A stretch of DNA of 64,000 nucleotides. It comes from an uncultured delta proteobacterium. Lineage in GTDB: Bacteria > Myxococcota_A > UBA9160 > SMWR01. The translations under genes and the position numbers were made by a program. The stretch is taken from positions 416,001 to 480,000 of the forward strand of contig CAWHTE010000002.1 in NCBI GenBank assembly GCA_963832165.1, written 5' to 3'. This document shows positions 10,240 to 20,622 of this stretch, piece after piece (within the stretch, counting starts at the first letter, position 1; each line of letters opens with the position of its first letter). Under the pieces are notes generated by a model that made no database searches, was not told the DNA's origin, and saw only the letters and a list, made by a program, of their open reading frames with translations.

Positions 10240-11141
10240 TCGCCGCGCAACAGCTCGAGCGCACAGCCCAGCGCGCGCTCGCGCTCGCGCCGCGCGAGCG
10301 GATCGCGCCCGCGCACGCTCCACAACGCGGCGCGCGCGAGCTCGGTCGCCGCTCGGCGCACGCGCTCGAGCGCGTTCGCGGGCGGATCGAGGCGCGCGAG
10401 CGAGCGGCCGAGGCCGCGATACCAGCGCAGGTACGCCGCGAGCGAGGCGCGCTCGGCGTCGACGTGGTGATCGATCACGGCGTCGGGCAGGTAGAGAATG
10501 CGCCCGGTCCGGCGCTGGAGACGGCGGAGCAGCTCGGTCTCCTCGCCCGGGATCATGCGCGTACCCCAGCCGAGGTCGGTGCGGAAGCCGCCCGCCTCGA
10601 GCGCCGGCGCGCGCACGACGCCGAGATTGCCACCGAACGGCAGCGCGGGGCCGCCCGCGCCGCACTCCTGTGGCTCGGGTCCGAAGTCGTAGCGGCCGGT
10701 CGGGCCGCCCAGCTCGCTCTCGAGAAATGCGCGCCAGGGCTCGGACAGGCCATCCGGCAGCACGGGAACGATCGGCCCGCCCGTGGCGAGCACGTCGGGC
10801 GCAACGAGCCCGCGCGCGTGCGCATCGACCCAGCCCGCGCGGCAGGTGGCGTCGTCGTCGAGGTAGACGACCGCGCGCGCGGCTGCGACGGCGAGCGCGC
10901 AGTTGCGCGCGGCGGAGAGCCCGCGCACGGGCTCGCTCGCGACCGCGAGCGGCACGGGGAAATCGCGCGCGATCGCGGAGACGGCTGCGCGCGTGTCGTC
11001 CTCGCTCGCATTCTCGACCACGAGCACGTCCCACCGGACGGCTGCCCGCTGTGCCGCGAGACTCGCGAGCGCGCGCAGCAGCACGTCGCGCCGGTTGCGC
11101 GTGCAGATCGCGACGGTCAGCGCGGGCTCGGACTCCGCCAT
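10236..11141 (-). CDS. Glycosyltransferase family 2
   Basis: VAICTRNR, GLSAARN, YLDDD, GEETEL; GGAGG RBS upstream. Confidence 0.9.
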   Translation of the reverse strand: MAESEPALTVAICTRNRRDVLLRALASLAAQRAAVRWDVLVVENASEDDTRAAVSAIARDFPVPLAVASEPVRGLSAARNCALAVAAARAVVYLDDDATCRAGWVDAHARGLVAPDVLATGGPIVPVLPDGLSEPWRAFLESELGGPTGRYDFGPEPQECGAGGPALPFGGNLGVVRAPALEAGGFRTDLGWGTRMIPGEETELLRRLQRRTGRILYLPDAVIDHHVDAERASLAAYLRWYRGLGRSLARLDPPANALERVRRAATELARAALWSVRGRDPLARRERERALGCALELLRGD

Positions 11142-11254
11142 CGCACCTCCCGTCGGGCTTCGCCAGCAGGTAACCGGGTCGGCGAAGCCCCTCATTTCCT
11201 TGAGTGATCGCGTGGCTCAGGCCCGGGACCGCTTCCGCCGATGAGAGAGTGCCG

Positions 11255-12970
11255 ATGGCGACCTCCGATCACCCCGCACCCGCTGTGGACACCGCCGCGG
11301 ACGCGGAGCGCCCGCTCGTGGCACCCCGGCGCTGGCGCGGACTGCGCATCGCCGCAGTGCTCGCGGAGTCGGTCGCGGGCGAGCGCGCGTGGATCGAGCG
11401 CATCTGCGCGGGCCGCTTCCCGCTCCACTTCGCGGAGCGCGGTGCGGAGCGCGTGCGGACATTCGTGAACAGCGACGTCGTGCTGGCGCCCGCGCGCGGG
11501 GCAAGCTCGGATCCCGCGCTGCGCGAGGCGCTCGCGAGCGGTTGCTTCCCGGTGCTCTGCGACGGCGATGCAGCGCAAACCGGGATCGTGTCCGGCGTGA
11601 ACGGTCTCGTGGTCGAGCCCACGCCGGAGGCGTTCGCGCGCGCGCTCCAGTGGTGCGCGACTCACGTCGGCGACGTGCGGCGCGCGGGTCGGCTCAACGC
11701 GCGGCTCGCCGCGGGCGATCCCGCAGCGCGCGAGGCGCTCGCACGCGGCGTTCTGCCCGCGCGCTTCGCGTTCGTGACGCCCGAGTACGCCACCGAGCGC
11801 GACACGCAGGGCGGTGGGCTCGCGAGCTACGTGCGCAGCACCGCGCGCGCGCTCGCGGAGCACGGCCACGAGGCCGAGGTGTTCACGATCGGGCGCACCG
11901 ACGGCGTCGAAGACGACGCGGGCACACGGGTGCACCGCGTGCGCGAGGCGATCTCGCGGCGTTGGGTGCGCGCGCTGTTGCGGATGTGCCGGTATCTCTC
12001 GCTCCGACGCGCGGCGCTGCCGCTGATCGCCGCGGTCGACGCGTTCTTCCTCGCGCGCGCACTCGCGCAGCGCGAGCGCAGCGTCGAGTTCGACGCGGTG
12101 CAGAGCGCCGATTTCCGCGCGACCGGCTTGTTCGTGCGCGGCCGCACGCGCTGCGATCGGCCGCATCTCGTGCGCGCGAGCACGGACGACGCGACGCTCG
12201 CGGCGCACAACGGCGAGAGCACGGTCGACCGCGCATGGCTCGATGCGCTCCAGCGCCGCTGTCTGCGCCGCGCCGACGTCTCCTACGCACCGAGCCGCTT
12301 CCTCTCGCGCCACTTCGCGCAGCGCTGGGGTCTCCCGCTGCGCGTCGCGCGTCCACCCGCGCCGCGCCTGTGCGCGCGCGAGCCGTCGCGCGAGCACGCG
12401 TTGCCGAAGCGCTACTTCATCCACTTCGGCCAGCTCACGCCCGGCAAGGGCAGCGGCGATCTCGCGGCGGCGTTGCCGCTGGTCTGGGAGCAGGCGCCCG
12501 ACTTCGAGATGGTGTGGGCGGGCATCGATCGCGGCCAGCGCCTCTCGGGCTGGCGGTCGCTCTGGGGCGCGCGCCGCAACCAGGTGCTCTGGCTCGGCGC
12601 GCTGCCGCGCCCCGATCTGCACGCGATCCTCGCGCGCGCCGATGCGGCGGTGCTGCCCACGCGCTTCGACAACCTGCCCAACACCGTGATCGAGTGCCTC
12701 GCGCTCGGCGTGCCCGTGATCGGCACGAGTGGCGCGAGCATCGAAGAGCTCGTGACACCGGGCCGCGACGGAGAGCTGGTGCCGATCGGCGATCCCGCGG
12801 CGCTCGCCGCGGCGATCACGGCGCGCTGGCTCGCGCCCGGTCCGCACGAGTGCACCGCGCGCCTGCCCAGTTCGCTCGACCCGGGCGCGGCCGTCGATGC
12901 GTTGCTCGCGCTCGCGGGCCTGCGCGACGGGCCGGTGGAACGGGATGGCGGATTACGGGCTTCGCCCTAA
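11255..12970 (+). CDS. Glycosyltransferase family 4 with an extra degenerate N-terminal GT fragment
   Basis: FVTPEY..GGGLASY, FGQLTPGKG, DNLPNTVIECLALGVPVIGT. Confidence 0.82.
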   Translation: MATSDHPAPAVDTAADAERPLVAPRRWRGLRIAAVLAESVAGERAWIERICAGRFPLHFAERGAERVRTFVNSDVVLAPARGASSDPALREALASGCFPVLCDGDAAQTGIVSGVNGLVVEPTPEAFARALQWCATHVGDVRRAGRLNARLAAGDPAAREALARGVLPARFAFVTPEYATERDTQGGGLASYVRSTARALAEHGHEAEVFTIGRTDGVEDDAGTRVHRVREAISRRWVRALLRMCRYLSLRRAALPLIAAVDAFFLARALAQRERSVEFDAVQSADFRATGLFVRGRTRCDRPHLVRASTDDATLAAHNGESTVDRAWLDALQRRCLRRADVSYAPSRFLSRHFAQRWGLPLRVARPPAPRLCAREPSREHALPKRYFIHFGQLTPGKGSGDLAAALPLVWEQAPDFEMVWAGIDRGQRLSGWRSLWGARRNQVLWLGALPRPDLHAILARADAAVLPTRFDNLPNTVIECLALGVPVIGTSGASIEELVTPGRDGELVPIGDPAALAAAITARWLAPGPHECTARLPSSLDPGAAVDALLALAGLRDGPVERDGGLRASP

Positions 12971-13026
12971 TCCGCCCTACGAAGAGGTCTTGTAGGGCGG
13001 ATTAGCCCGAAGGGCGTAATCCGCCA
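12946..13026. repeat. REPIN: inverted pair of 35-bp GTAG-family REP elements (12946-12980 and 12992-13026)
   Basis: GTAGGGCGGATTAGCCCGAAGGGCGTAATCCGCCA and a near-identical inverted copy separated by 11 bp, lying between convergent genes. Confidence 0.88.
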
Positions 13027-13923
13027 TTACACCCGGCCGAGCAGTCCGCGCGCGCGGCCTGCGCCGTAGCTCGCGATCTGCAGGCCCTGCGCACGCCGCG
13101 CAAGGCCGAACGCGCCGAGCGCGCGCGCTGTGCCGAGCGCCATGCCGCGCAGCGCCACGAACAGGACGCCGCCGGCCACGCCGCGCGCCGCGTGCGCGCG
13201 ATCGACGCGCGTGTGCGCCGAGCCCGCGCGCCACGCGCGCGTGAGGATCCAGCGCAGCGTCGCGCGCTGTGGCGGAACGACGTCGTACACGATCGCGGCG
13301 TCCGCCCATGCGATCGCGCGGCCCGACGCCGCGAGGCGCTCGAACAGCTCGATGTCCTCGCCGAGCGGCACGAAGCGTTCGTCGAAGCGCGCGCGCGTCT
13401 CGAGCAGGCAGCGCGTGCGCACGAGCGCGTTGTTCGTGGAGGCGCTGCCGACGCGCGCGCCGTCGGCGTGGCGCGGCGAGGCGAAGAAGCCGCCCTCCGC
13501 GATCCAGCGCGCGGGCGCCGCGGCAAAGCGCGGCACCACGGGCCCGGTCACGACGTCGGCGCCCGTGCGCTCGGCGACCGCGAGAAGCGCGTCGAGCCAG
13601 CCCGGCGTGGGAAGCTCGTCGTCGTCGATGAACGCGATCCAGCGTGCGCGCTCGAGCGCCGCTGCGAGCGCCGCGTTGCGCGCGTGCGGGATTCCGCGGC
13701 GCGGCTCGACGCGGTAGTCGATCGGAAGAGAGAGCTCCGCGCGCGCCCGCTCCGCCACCGCGCGCGCGGACGCCTCGGCGTCGTTGTCCACGATCACGAC
13801 CGCGAGACTCGGCGCGGGTCCAGCGAAGGTCTGCTCCGCGATCGCGCGCAGCAGCGCGGCGAGCCCGTCCGGGCGGCGGAAGCTCGCGATGCAGATCGCG
13901 ACGTCGACGGGACCCATCGCCAT
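13027..13923 (-). CDS. Glycosyltransferase family 2 (ExoM-like)
   Basis: VAICIASFRRPDGL, VDND, GIPHARN, AFIDDDE, GEDIELF. Confidence 0.9.
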   Translation of the reverse strand: MAMGPVDVAICIASFRRPDGLAALLRAIAEQTFAGPAPSLAVVIVDNDAEASARAVAERARAELSLPIDYRVEPRRGIPHARNAALAAALERARWIAFIDDDELPTPGWLDALLAVAERTGADVVTGPVVPRFAAAPARWIAEGGFFASPRHADGARVGSASTNNALVRTRCLLETRARFDERFVPLGEDIELFERLAASGRAIAWADAAIVYDVVPPQRATLRWILTRAWRAGSAHTRVDRAHAARGVAGGVLFVALRGMALGTARALGAFGLARRAQGLQIASYGAGRARGLLGRV

Positions 13924-14095
13924 CTCCCTTCCAAGCCTCCTGAATCGGATGCGCGCACGCGCGGCTGAAGGCCCGCGGGTGAACCGGTGTGGCCGCTTTT
14001 CCCCGCACGGACGGGCGCCTCGGGGCGCCGCCTGCCTCAAGCCGAAGCGCCAAGTAGCCGATTTCAAAGGCGCGGGAGGTCGCGCGCACAGGGCC

Positions 14096-15469
14096 ATGAA
14101 GCTGTCTACGTTGCGCGCCGTTCACGTCGCCACCGATGCGCTGCTCGTGTCGCTCGGATGGCTCGCCGCGTACGGCGTCCGCTATGCGATGGCGGAGCCG
14201 ATCGGCCGCGCGATCAATCCGCTCGACTGGTATCTGCGCGCGCTGCCGATCGTCGTGGTGCCCTGGATCGCGACCTGCTGGTGGTTCGGGATCTACCGAA
14301 GCCGACGCACGCACACTGCGGTCGACGAGCTCTCGAAGCTCATGCGCGGCGCGATGCTGGGCCTGCTCGTGCTCTCCGCGGTCGGCTTCTTCTTCAAGGA
14401 GCTCGAGTTCGGGCGCCTGGTCGTGCTCGCGAGCGCGGGCCTGAACCTCGTGTTCCAGGGCGCCAGCCGGATGGTCTTCCATCGGCTCGAGCGGAATCTG
14501 CGGCGCTCGGGCAGCTCCGACATGCGCGTGCTGATCGTGGGCACGGGCGTACCCGCGATCCGTCTGCTCCAGAAGCTCCAGGACCACCCCGAAGACGGCT
14601 ATCGCGTCGTGGGCCTGCTCGACGATGCGCTCGAGCCGCCCGAGAAGGACGTGGCGGGAATCCCCGTCCTGGGCCACATCGACGACCTGCGCGCGATCGC
14701 GACCTTGCACGAGGTGGAGGAGATCTTCATCGCGCTGCCGTCGCTCTCCCACGCGCACATGCTCGCGCTCGTGCTCGAATGCGAGGACCTCGGGATCACG
14801 TTCCGCGTCGTGACGAATCTGTTCGAGGTGCTCACCGCGGGCACGCAGCTCGACCTGATCGACGACCTGCCGCTCGTGCGGCTCGGACTCGAGCGCGTAC
14901 ACCCGCTCTACGAGCCGTGCAAGCGCGTATTCGATCTGGCCTGCGCGATCACCGGGCTCGTCGTTGCGGCGCCGCTCCTGGCCTGGGTGGCGTTGCGGCT
15001 GCGACAGAGCGGTGTGTCGCCGTGGTTCGTGCACGAGCGGATCGGCCGCGACGGCCGGCCGTTCCGGCTGATCAAGCTGCGCACGCTGCGCGACGACGTC
15101 GGCCCCTACGAGGAAGCTCCGCGCGGCGCCGACGATGCGCGCGTCACTCCGTACGGGGCCTGGCTGCGCGCCACGAGCATCGACGAGCTTCCGCAGCTCT
15201 GGAACGTGTTGCGCGGCGAGATGTCGATCGTGGGGCCGCGCCCCGAGATGCCGTTCGTGGTGGAGCGCTACGACGAGTGGCAGCGCCGCCGCCTCGGGGT
15301 GAAGCCCGGAATCACGGGACTCTGGCAGATCCTCGGCCGCAAGGATCTGCCCATGCACGAGAATCTCCAGTACGACTTCTATTACATCCGCAACCGATCG
15401 CTCGCGCTCGACGCGTCGATCCTGTTGCGCACAGCGGGCGCGGTGTGGTCGCGCCGGGGGGCGTTCTAA
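14096..15469 (+). CDS. Exopolysaccharide priming polyprenyl-phosphate glycosylphosphotransferase (WcaJ-like)
   Basis: N-terminal TMs, VLIVGTG domain, [42 protein letters not shown]. Confidence 0.93.
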   Translation: MKLSTLRAVHVATDALLVSLGWLAAYGVRYAMAEPIGRAINPLDWYLRALPIVVVPWIATCWWFGIYRSRRTHTAVDELSKLMRGAMLGLLVLSAVGFFFKELEFGRLVVLASAGLNLVFQGASRMVFHRLERNLRRSGSSDMRVLIVGTGVPAIRLLQKLQDHPEDGYRVVGLLDDALEPPEKDVAGIPVLGHIDDLRAIATLHEVEEIFIALPSLSHAHMLALVLECEDLGITFRVVTNLFEVLTAGTQLDLIDDLPLVRLGLERVHPLYEPCKRVFDLACAITGLVVAAPLLAWVALRLRQSGVSPWFVHERIGRDGRPFRLIKLRTLRDDVGPYEEAPRGADDARVTPYGAWLRATSIDELPQLWNVLRGEMSIVGPRPEMPFVVERYDEWQRRRLGVKPGITGLWQILGRKDLPMHENLQYDFYYIRNRSLALDASILLRTAGAVWSRRGAF

Positions 15470-16372
15470 GTGACCGACGTCGACGTTTCGATCTGCATTG
15501 CCACCTATCGCCGGCGTCACGGGCTCGCGCGCCTGCTCGACAGCTTGTCGCGCCTGAAGCTGCCCGAGGGCGTGCGCGCCGAGGTGATCGTGGTCGACAA
15601 CGACCCCGCGAGCGATCCGGCCTACACGCTCGACGCCGACGCCGTGCCGCCGTTTGCGCTGCGCTGGCTGCGCGAGCCGCGCCGCAACATCGCCTACGCG
15701 CGCAATCTCGCGGTGGCGAACGCGCGCGGGCGCTGGGTTGCGTTCGTCGACGACGACGAGGTGGTCGACGAGCACTGGCTCGCCGCCTACTGGGAGCGCG
15801 CCTCCGAGGGCGAGTGCGACGGCTACTTCGGCCCCGTGCTGCCGCGCATCGAGACCTGGTACACGCCGTGGCTCGACGTGTCGTTCTTCGAGCGCCCGCG
15901 CTTCGTCTCGGGCACCCGGATCACGAACCTGGGCGCCCACACCTGCAATGCGTTCGTGCGCCGCGCGCTCCTGCGCGACGCGATGTTCGACCCCGCGTTC
16001 GGTCGCAGCGGCGGCGAGGACACCGCGCTGTTCCGGCGACTCGCCGCGCGCGGTGCGCACTTCGCCTGGTGCGACCAGGCGATCGTGCACGAGTACGTTC
16101 CGGCCGCGCGCCACCGGCCCGGCTGGCTCGCGCAGCGCGCGTTCCGCGGCGGGTGTGTGCACGCGCAGATCGAGCACGAGCTCGGACGCGTGCCGTCTCG
16201 CTCGGCGGCTGTGACGCAGTCCAGCGCGGCAGCGGGTGTGCTGCTCGCGGCGGCCACGGCGCTGCTGATCGGCGGGCGCGCGCGTTCGCTGCGCGTGCTG
16301 CTGCAAGCGGCGGTCCAGGCCGGCAAGGGCTGGGGGCACCTGGGCGGGGGATTCCAGGAGTACTCCGACTAG
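15470..16372 (+). CDS. Glycosyltransferase family 2 (ExoM-like)
   Basis: SICIATYRR, VDND, NIAYARN, AFVDDDE, GGEDTALF. Confidence 0.9.
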   Translation: MTDVDVSICIATYRRRHGLARLLDSLSRLKLPEGVRAEVIVVDNDPASDPAYTLDADAVPPFALRWLREPRRNIAYARNLAVANARGRWVAFVDDDEVVDEHWLAAYWERASEGECDGYFGPVLPRIETWYTPWLDVSFFERPRFVSGTRITNLGAHTCNAFVRRALLRDAMFDPAFGRSGGEDTALFRRLAARGAHFAWCDQAIVHEYVPAARHRPGWLAQRAFRGGCVHAQIEHELGRVPSRSAAVTQSSAAAGVLLAAATALLIGGRARSLRVLLQAAVQAGKGWGHLGGGFQEYSD

Positions 16373-16373
16373 C

Positions 16374-17576
16374 ATGCGGATCGCGCTCTTCCACAACCGC
16401 TACCGCGAGCGCGGCGGCGAAGACACGCTCGTCGACACCGAGTCCGAGCTGCTCGCAAAGGGCGGCCACGAGGTCGTGCGCTGCATCGTCGACAACCGCG
16501 AGGAGCTGTCGAGCGCGCTCGGCGTGATCCGCACGGCGCTGCGCGCGCGCCGGAATCCCGAGAGCGCCGCTCGCGCTGCCCGGCTCGCGGGGGAGGCGCC
16601 GCTCGACGTCGCGCACGTGCACAACTTCTTTCCCGTGCTCTCGCCCGCGATTCACGAGACGCTCTCGGCGCTCGGCGTTCCCGTGGTCCAGTCGCTGCAC
16701 AACTATCGGCTGCTGTGCGGGAACGGGTATCTCATGCGCGATGGGCGCGTGTGCGAGGAGTGCATACCGCGCGGGCCGTGGCACGCGGTGCGCTACGGCT
16801 GCTACCGCGGCTCCCGTGTGCAGACGGTGGTCTGGTCGGACGCGATCTCGCACCACCGCGCGCGCGACACCTGGCGCCGCTGCGTCGATCGCTTCGTCGT
16901 GCCGACCGAGTTCGTGGCGACGAAGCTGCTCGCGGCGGGGCTACCGCGCGAGCGCGTCGAGGTGTTGCCCTACGTGGTCGCCGATCCGGGCGAGCCGGCG
17001 CCGCCGGGGCACGGCGCGGTGTACGTGGGCCGGCTGTCGCCCGAGAAGGGCGTCGACCTCTTGATCGACGCGTGGCGCGAGCAGGGCGGGGCGCCGCTCG
17101 AGATCGTCGGCAGCGGCCCCGCCGAGGCGGAGCTGCGCGAGCGCGCGCGCGGCGTGCCGGGTGTGCGCTTCCTGGGCGTGCAGGACCGGGAGGGCGTGCT
17201 GCGCGCGCTGCGCGCGGCCGCGTTCGCCGTGGTGCCTTCGCGCTGGTACGAGATCGCGCCGTACGCGGCGATCGAGGCGCTCGCGTGTGGCCGGCCCGTG
17301 GTGGCGTGGCGCGGTGGCTCGCTCGCACAGCTCGTGAGCGACGGGCATTCGGGTCTGCTGTTCGACGCGCTCGAGCCCGCGAGCGTCGCGCGCGTGTGCA
17401 CGGCGCTGCTCGGCGACGCGGAGCTCGTGCGCCGGCTCGCCGCGGGAGCGCGCGAGGACTATCTCGACCATCACGCGCCCGAGGCCGGACTCGCCGCGCG
17501 CGAGAGGCTGTACGCCGCGGTCAGCGACGAGCGGCGGCGTGGAGAATCGCCCGGCGCAGACCGCCCGCGAGCGTAG
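16374..17576 (+). CDS. Glycosyltransferase family 4
   Basis: HNRY..GGED, HVHNFFP, SLHNYRLLC, YVGRLSPEKG, PSRWYE..IEALACGRPVV. Confidence 0.92.
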   Translation: MRIALFHNRYRERGGEDTLVDTESELLAKGGHEVVRCIVDNREELSSALGVIRTALRARRNPESAARAARLAGEAPLDVAHVHNFFPVLSPAIHETLSALGVPVVQSLHNYRLLCGNGYLMRDGRVCEECIPRGPWHAVRYGCYRGSRVQTVVWSDAISHHRARDTWRRCVDRFVVPTEFVATKLLAAGLPRERVEVLPYVVADPGEPAPPGHGAVYVGRLSPEKGVDLLIDAWREQGGAPLEIVGSGPAEAELRERARGVPGVRFLGVQDREGVLRALRAAAFAVVPSRWYEIAPYAAIEALACGRPVVAWRGGSLAQLVSDGHSGLLFDALEPASVARVCTALLGDAELVRRLAAGAREDYLDHHAPEAGLAARERLYAAVSDERRRGESPGADRPRA

Positions 17577-18705
17577 CCGGGCCGAAACGCTTCGCGGTGT
17601 CGCGAGCCCGTGCGCCGAGCCGCGCGCGCTCGGGATCCGCGAGCGCGTGCGCGAGCTCGCTGCGCAGCCGCTCGGGATCGGTCGGATCGCACAGCCATCC
17701 CGTCTGGCCGGGCTCGATCAGATCGTCGGCGCAGCCCGCGAGCCGCGAGCACAGGACGGGCAGTCCGCACGTCATCGCTTCGTTCACGACCAGGCCCCAG
17801 GGATCGCCGAGGCTCGGGAACACCAGCAGGTCCGACGCCGCGTAGGCGGCCGCGAGCGCGTCGGGGCGCAGCGCGGGCAGCCGCGCGATCGCGCCCGCGC
17901 CGCACGCTCGGCGCGCGTCGTCGACCGCGCCCGCGAGCGGGCCGTCGCCCACGAACAGGAGCGTCCAGCTCGAGCGCGCGGACTCGGGCAGCTCCCGCCA
18001 CGCGTCGAGCAGCGGCAGCACGCCCTTCGACGCCTCGAGCCGCCCCGGCACCAGCGCGATCTGCTCGCGCGTGCCGAGCGACGCGCGCAGCGCGAGGCGC
18101 TCCGCGGTCACGTCGAGCGCGGCGAAGCGCGCTTCCCACCACTCCGCGGCGTGCGCGTTGGGCGCGTCGAACAGCCGCGCCTCGGGTACGCCGAGCCCGC
18201 GCAACACCTCGCGCGCCTGGACTCCCATCCCCACCACGGCATCCGCGCGCGCGAGCAGCGCGCGGCGCAGCGCGCGCTGGAGCGAGCCGACCGCTGCGGC
18301 CGCGCTGCGCGCGTGGTAGCTCCAGATCACGAGCGGCACGCGGTAGAGCGCCGCGTAGGCGGCCGCGAACATCGTGCGCGGGCCGAGCTCGCTCGTCACC
18401 ACGACGTCGGGAGCGAAGCGGCGCAGGGATCCGAGCGCGCCCCACGGAACGTGCAGCGTCGACCACTGCTCCGACGCCTGTGCGCGGTGCGCGCGCACGC
18501 GCCGGCGCAGCGACGCGCCGCCCACGATCTCGACGTCGAGGTCCGCGCGTCCCTGCTCGTAGGCGCCCTCGAAGGCGCGCTGCCAGCTCGGGTCGTCGGC
18601 CGCGGACAGCAGCACGCGCAGCTGCCAGCCCGGCGTCGCGGCGAGATCGCGGTACACCGGCAGGCGGTACGGCGTGAGGATGTTGGTCAGCAGCGCGACG
18701 CGCAT
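17521..18705 (-). CDS. Glycosyltransferase family 4
   Basis: LTNILTPYR, GRLEASKG, FVGDG, DPWGLVVNEAMTCGLPVL. Confidence 0.9.
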   Translation of the reverse strand: MRVALLTNILTPYRLPVYRDLAATPGWQLRVLLSAADDPSWQRAFEGAYEQGRADLDVEIVGGASLRRRVRAHRAQASEQWSTLHVPWGALGSLRRFAPDVVVTSELGPRTMFAAAYAALYRVPLVIWSYHARSAAAAVGSLQRALRRALLARADAVVGMGVQAREVLRGLGVPEARLFDAPNAHAAEWWEARFAALDVTAERLALRASLGTREQIALVPGRLEASKGVLPLLDAWRELPESARSSWTLLFVGDGPLAGAVDDARRACGAGAIARLPALRPDALAAAYAASDLLVFPSLGDPWGLVVNEAMTCGLPVLCSRLAGCADDLIEPGQTGWLCDPTDPERLRSELAHALADPERARLGARARDTAKRFGPATLAGGLRRAILHAAARR

Positions 18706-20402
18706 CAGTAGGCCTTGTAGAACGCGATCGGCGCCGAGCGCGGCGGCTCGTCGACTGCGAGCACGAGCAGGCCGCGCGTTCCGTCGGCGTCGAACGAGAC
18801 GGAGTGCCGCTTCGCGTCCAGGAATCGCACCGCGGCGGCTGCGAGCGGCTCGCCGTCGATACGGATCGGGTTCGCGGTGCCGATCGGGAGCCAGCGATAG
18901 GGCGCGGAGACGAGCAGCTCGAAGCTGGACTCGGCGCCAGCGTTGCCCTGCAAGCGGCGCCCCGCAACGAACACGGAGTCTCGATAGGGCTGATAGTTCT
19001 CGTCCCAGAACGCGCGCAGGGGCGCCGGGAACTGATTGAGCCGGAACGACTGCACGAGGTAGTGCACGGGCTCGGCGCGGAAGCGCGCGATCAGATGATC
19101 GACCTCGCGATCGCGCTGCGGGCCCTCGAACGTGCGGTAGATGCGCTGCGAGAACCAGAGCCCGATCGGCTGGCGCACGCCGCAGAACAGAGCGGTCTCG
19201 GGTTGGAAGCCCGCGCGATCGGGCGAGAAATTGCGGTGCACGAAGCGCAGGCTTTCGCGCTGCACCGCCTGACTGTCGTCGAGCGCGAGGGCCGTGTGCA
19301 GGACCGCACCGAGCCCGAGCGCGGCCCAGAGCACGGGCGACCCGAGGCGCGCGGTGCTCGGCCAGGGCGCGAACGCGCTGCGCAGCGGGGCCAGCGCGAG
19401 CGCGAAGGCGACCGCTGCGAACAGCCCCAGCGTCATGAGGAAGTAGGCGAACGCGGCGGCGTGGAACGCACCGACGCCGACACCGAGCGCGAGCACGGCC
19501 CACGCGAGGGCCATACGCCGCGTGCGCGCGGCCTTCATCGCGAGCGTCGCGGCGCTCATCGCCGCGAACAGCGCGAGATGGGGCACGAGCGACGGCAGCG
19601 TCGCGAGGTACTGCGAGTAGCCGATCGTCGCGCGATAGAAGTCGAACACGTCGAGGTAGTTGCGCACGGTCTCCGGCGAGGTGCCCGAGATCGCAGAGTG
19701 GGTCTCTGGCACCTCGAACGCGATCGCCACGAAGCCGCGCCAGGCCGCGAGCACGAGCAGGGCACCGAGCGCAGTGCCGCCTGCGCGCGCGAGCTCGCGG
19801 CGGGTGCGCCACTCGGTGCGCAGCGCGAGGTCGCCCGCGGCGAGCAGTCCCGCGAGCGCCGCGACGTAGGCGAGCTTCTGGGTGCCGAGCCAGCCGATTC
19901 CGAACGCCACGCCCGCCACGAGCGCGAGCCACGGACGCCGACGCGAGGCGAGCAGCGCCGCCGCGCCCCACGCCCCGCCGACCAGCGCCACCTGGTCGGT
20001 GCGGACCTGGATCGACCATTCGAGAAATGCGGGCAGGAGGCCCAGCAGCGCCGTACCGAGCGCCGCGTCGTGCCAGCGGTGGCGATCCGCGGGCAAGAGC
20101 TCGCATAGCAGTACGAACACGCCCGCCAGGTAGCCCCAGGTGAGCGCGAGCCACGCGAGCCGCGCAGCGCGCCCCGTCGCGATCTCGTCCGCGCATGCGC
20201 GCACGAGTGGAAGCAGCGCGACCTGCGGCAGGCCCGGGTGCCCCGCGCTCTGGAGCTCGCCGAGCTGTGCCGTGAGCGCCACGTCGTGGAACAGCGCGAA
20301 CTCGTCCCAGTTGAAGGCGGTCGTGAACACGGTCGCGACGCGCAGCGCCGCGAATCCGAGCAGCGCGCACGCGAGCGCGATCCAGCCGATCCGGCGGGCC
20401 AT
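18705..20402 (-). CDS. Multi-pass membrane protein, possible GT-C fold glycosyltransferase
   Basis: About ten hydrophobic segments, early WDE motif, VRTD, TQK; located in a glycosyltransferase cluster. Confidence 0.62.
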   Translation of the reverse strand: MARRIGWIALACALLGFAALRVATVFTTAFNWDEFALFHDVALTAQLGELQSAGHPGLPQVALLPLVRACADEIATGRAARLAWLALTWGYLAGVFVLLCELLPADRHRWHDAALGTALLGLLPAFLEWSIQVRTDQVALVGGAWGAAALLASRRRPWLALVAGVAFGIGWLGTQKLAYVAALAGLLAAGDLALRTEWRTRRELARAGGTALGALLVLAAWRGFVAIAFEVPETHSAISGTSPETVRNYLDVFDFYRATIGYSQYLATLPSLVPHLALFAAMSAATLAMKAARTRRMALAWAVLALGVGVGAFHAAAFAYFLMTLGLFAAVAFALALAPLRSAFAPWPSTARLGSPVLWAALGLGAVLHTALALDDSQAVQRESLRFVHRNFSPDRAGFQPETALFCGVRQPIGLWFSQRIYRTFEGPQRDREVDHLIARFRAEPVHYLVQSFRLNQFPAPLRAFWDENYQPYRDSVFVAGRRLQGNAGAESSFELLVSAPYRWLPIGTANPIRIDGEPLAAAAVRFLDAKRHSVSFDADGTRGLLVLAVDEPPRSAPIAFYKAY

Positions 20403-20494
20403 GCGTCTGGATCGGCTTTGCGCGTGGCGCGATTGAGGGTTGATCCGCCCCGTTGCACACGCACGAGCGCGCGCCGCAGCCGCGGGGCATGGGC

Positions 20495-20541
20495 AACTGA
20501 ACATGTAACTATTTGAGATTATTAAAGATTTAATTCAAAAG
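20495..20541. promoter_or_regulatory. AT-rich regulatory patch with palindrome and IHF-like site
   Basis: ATTAAAgaTTTAAT palindrome at 20521-20534; TAACTATTTGAGA at 20506-20518 is one mismatch from YAANNNNTTGATW; lies between divergent genes. Confidence 0.45.
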
Positions 20542-20622
20542 GCAGCCGGGGAGCGCGGGACTTCACCCGCGCTCGCGGCGCGCCGATACAGATGGGGCAC
20601 ACCCCTCGGAGGAAGGGCGCCG

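Noticed and set aside
12946..13026. Possible CRISPR repeat
   Set aside because: Copies are inverted or dispersed, with no unique spacers and no cas genes; fits a REP element
20500..20535. Possible dif site or replication origin
   Set aside because: Does not match XerC/XerD arm consensus; no DnaA boxes or origin-linked genes seen
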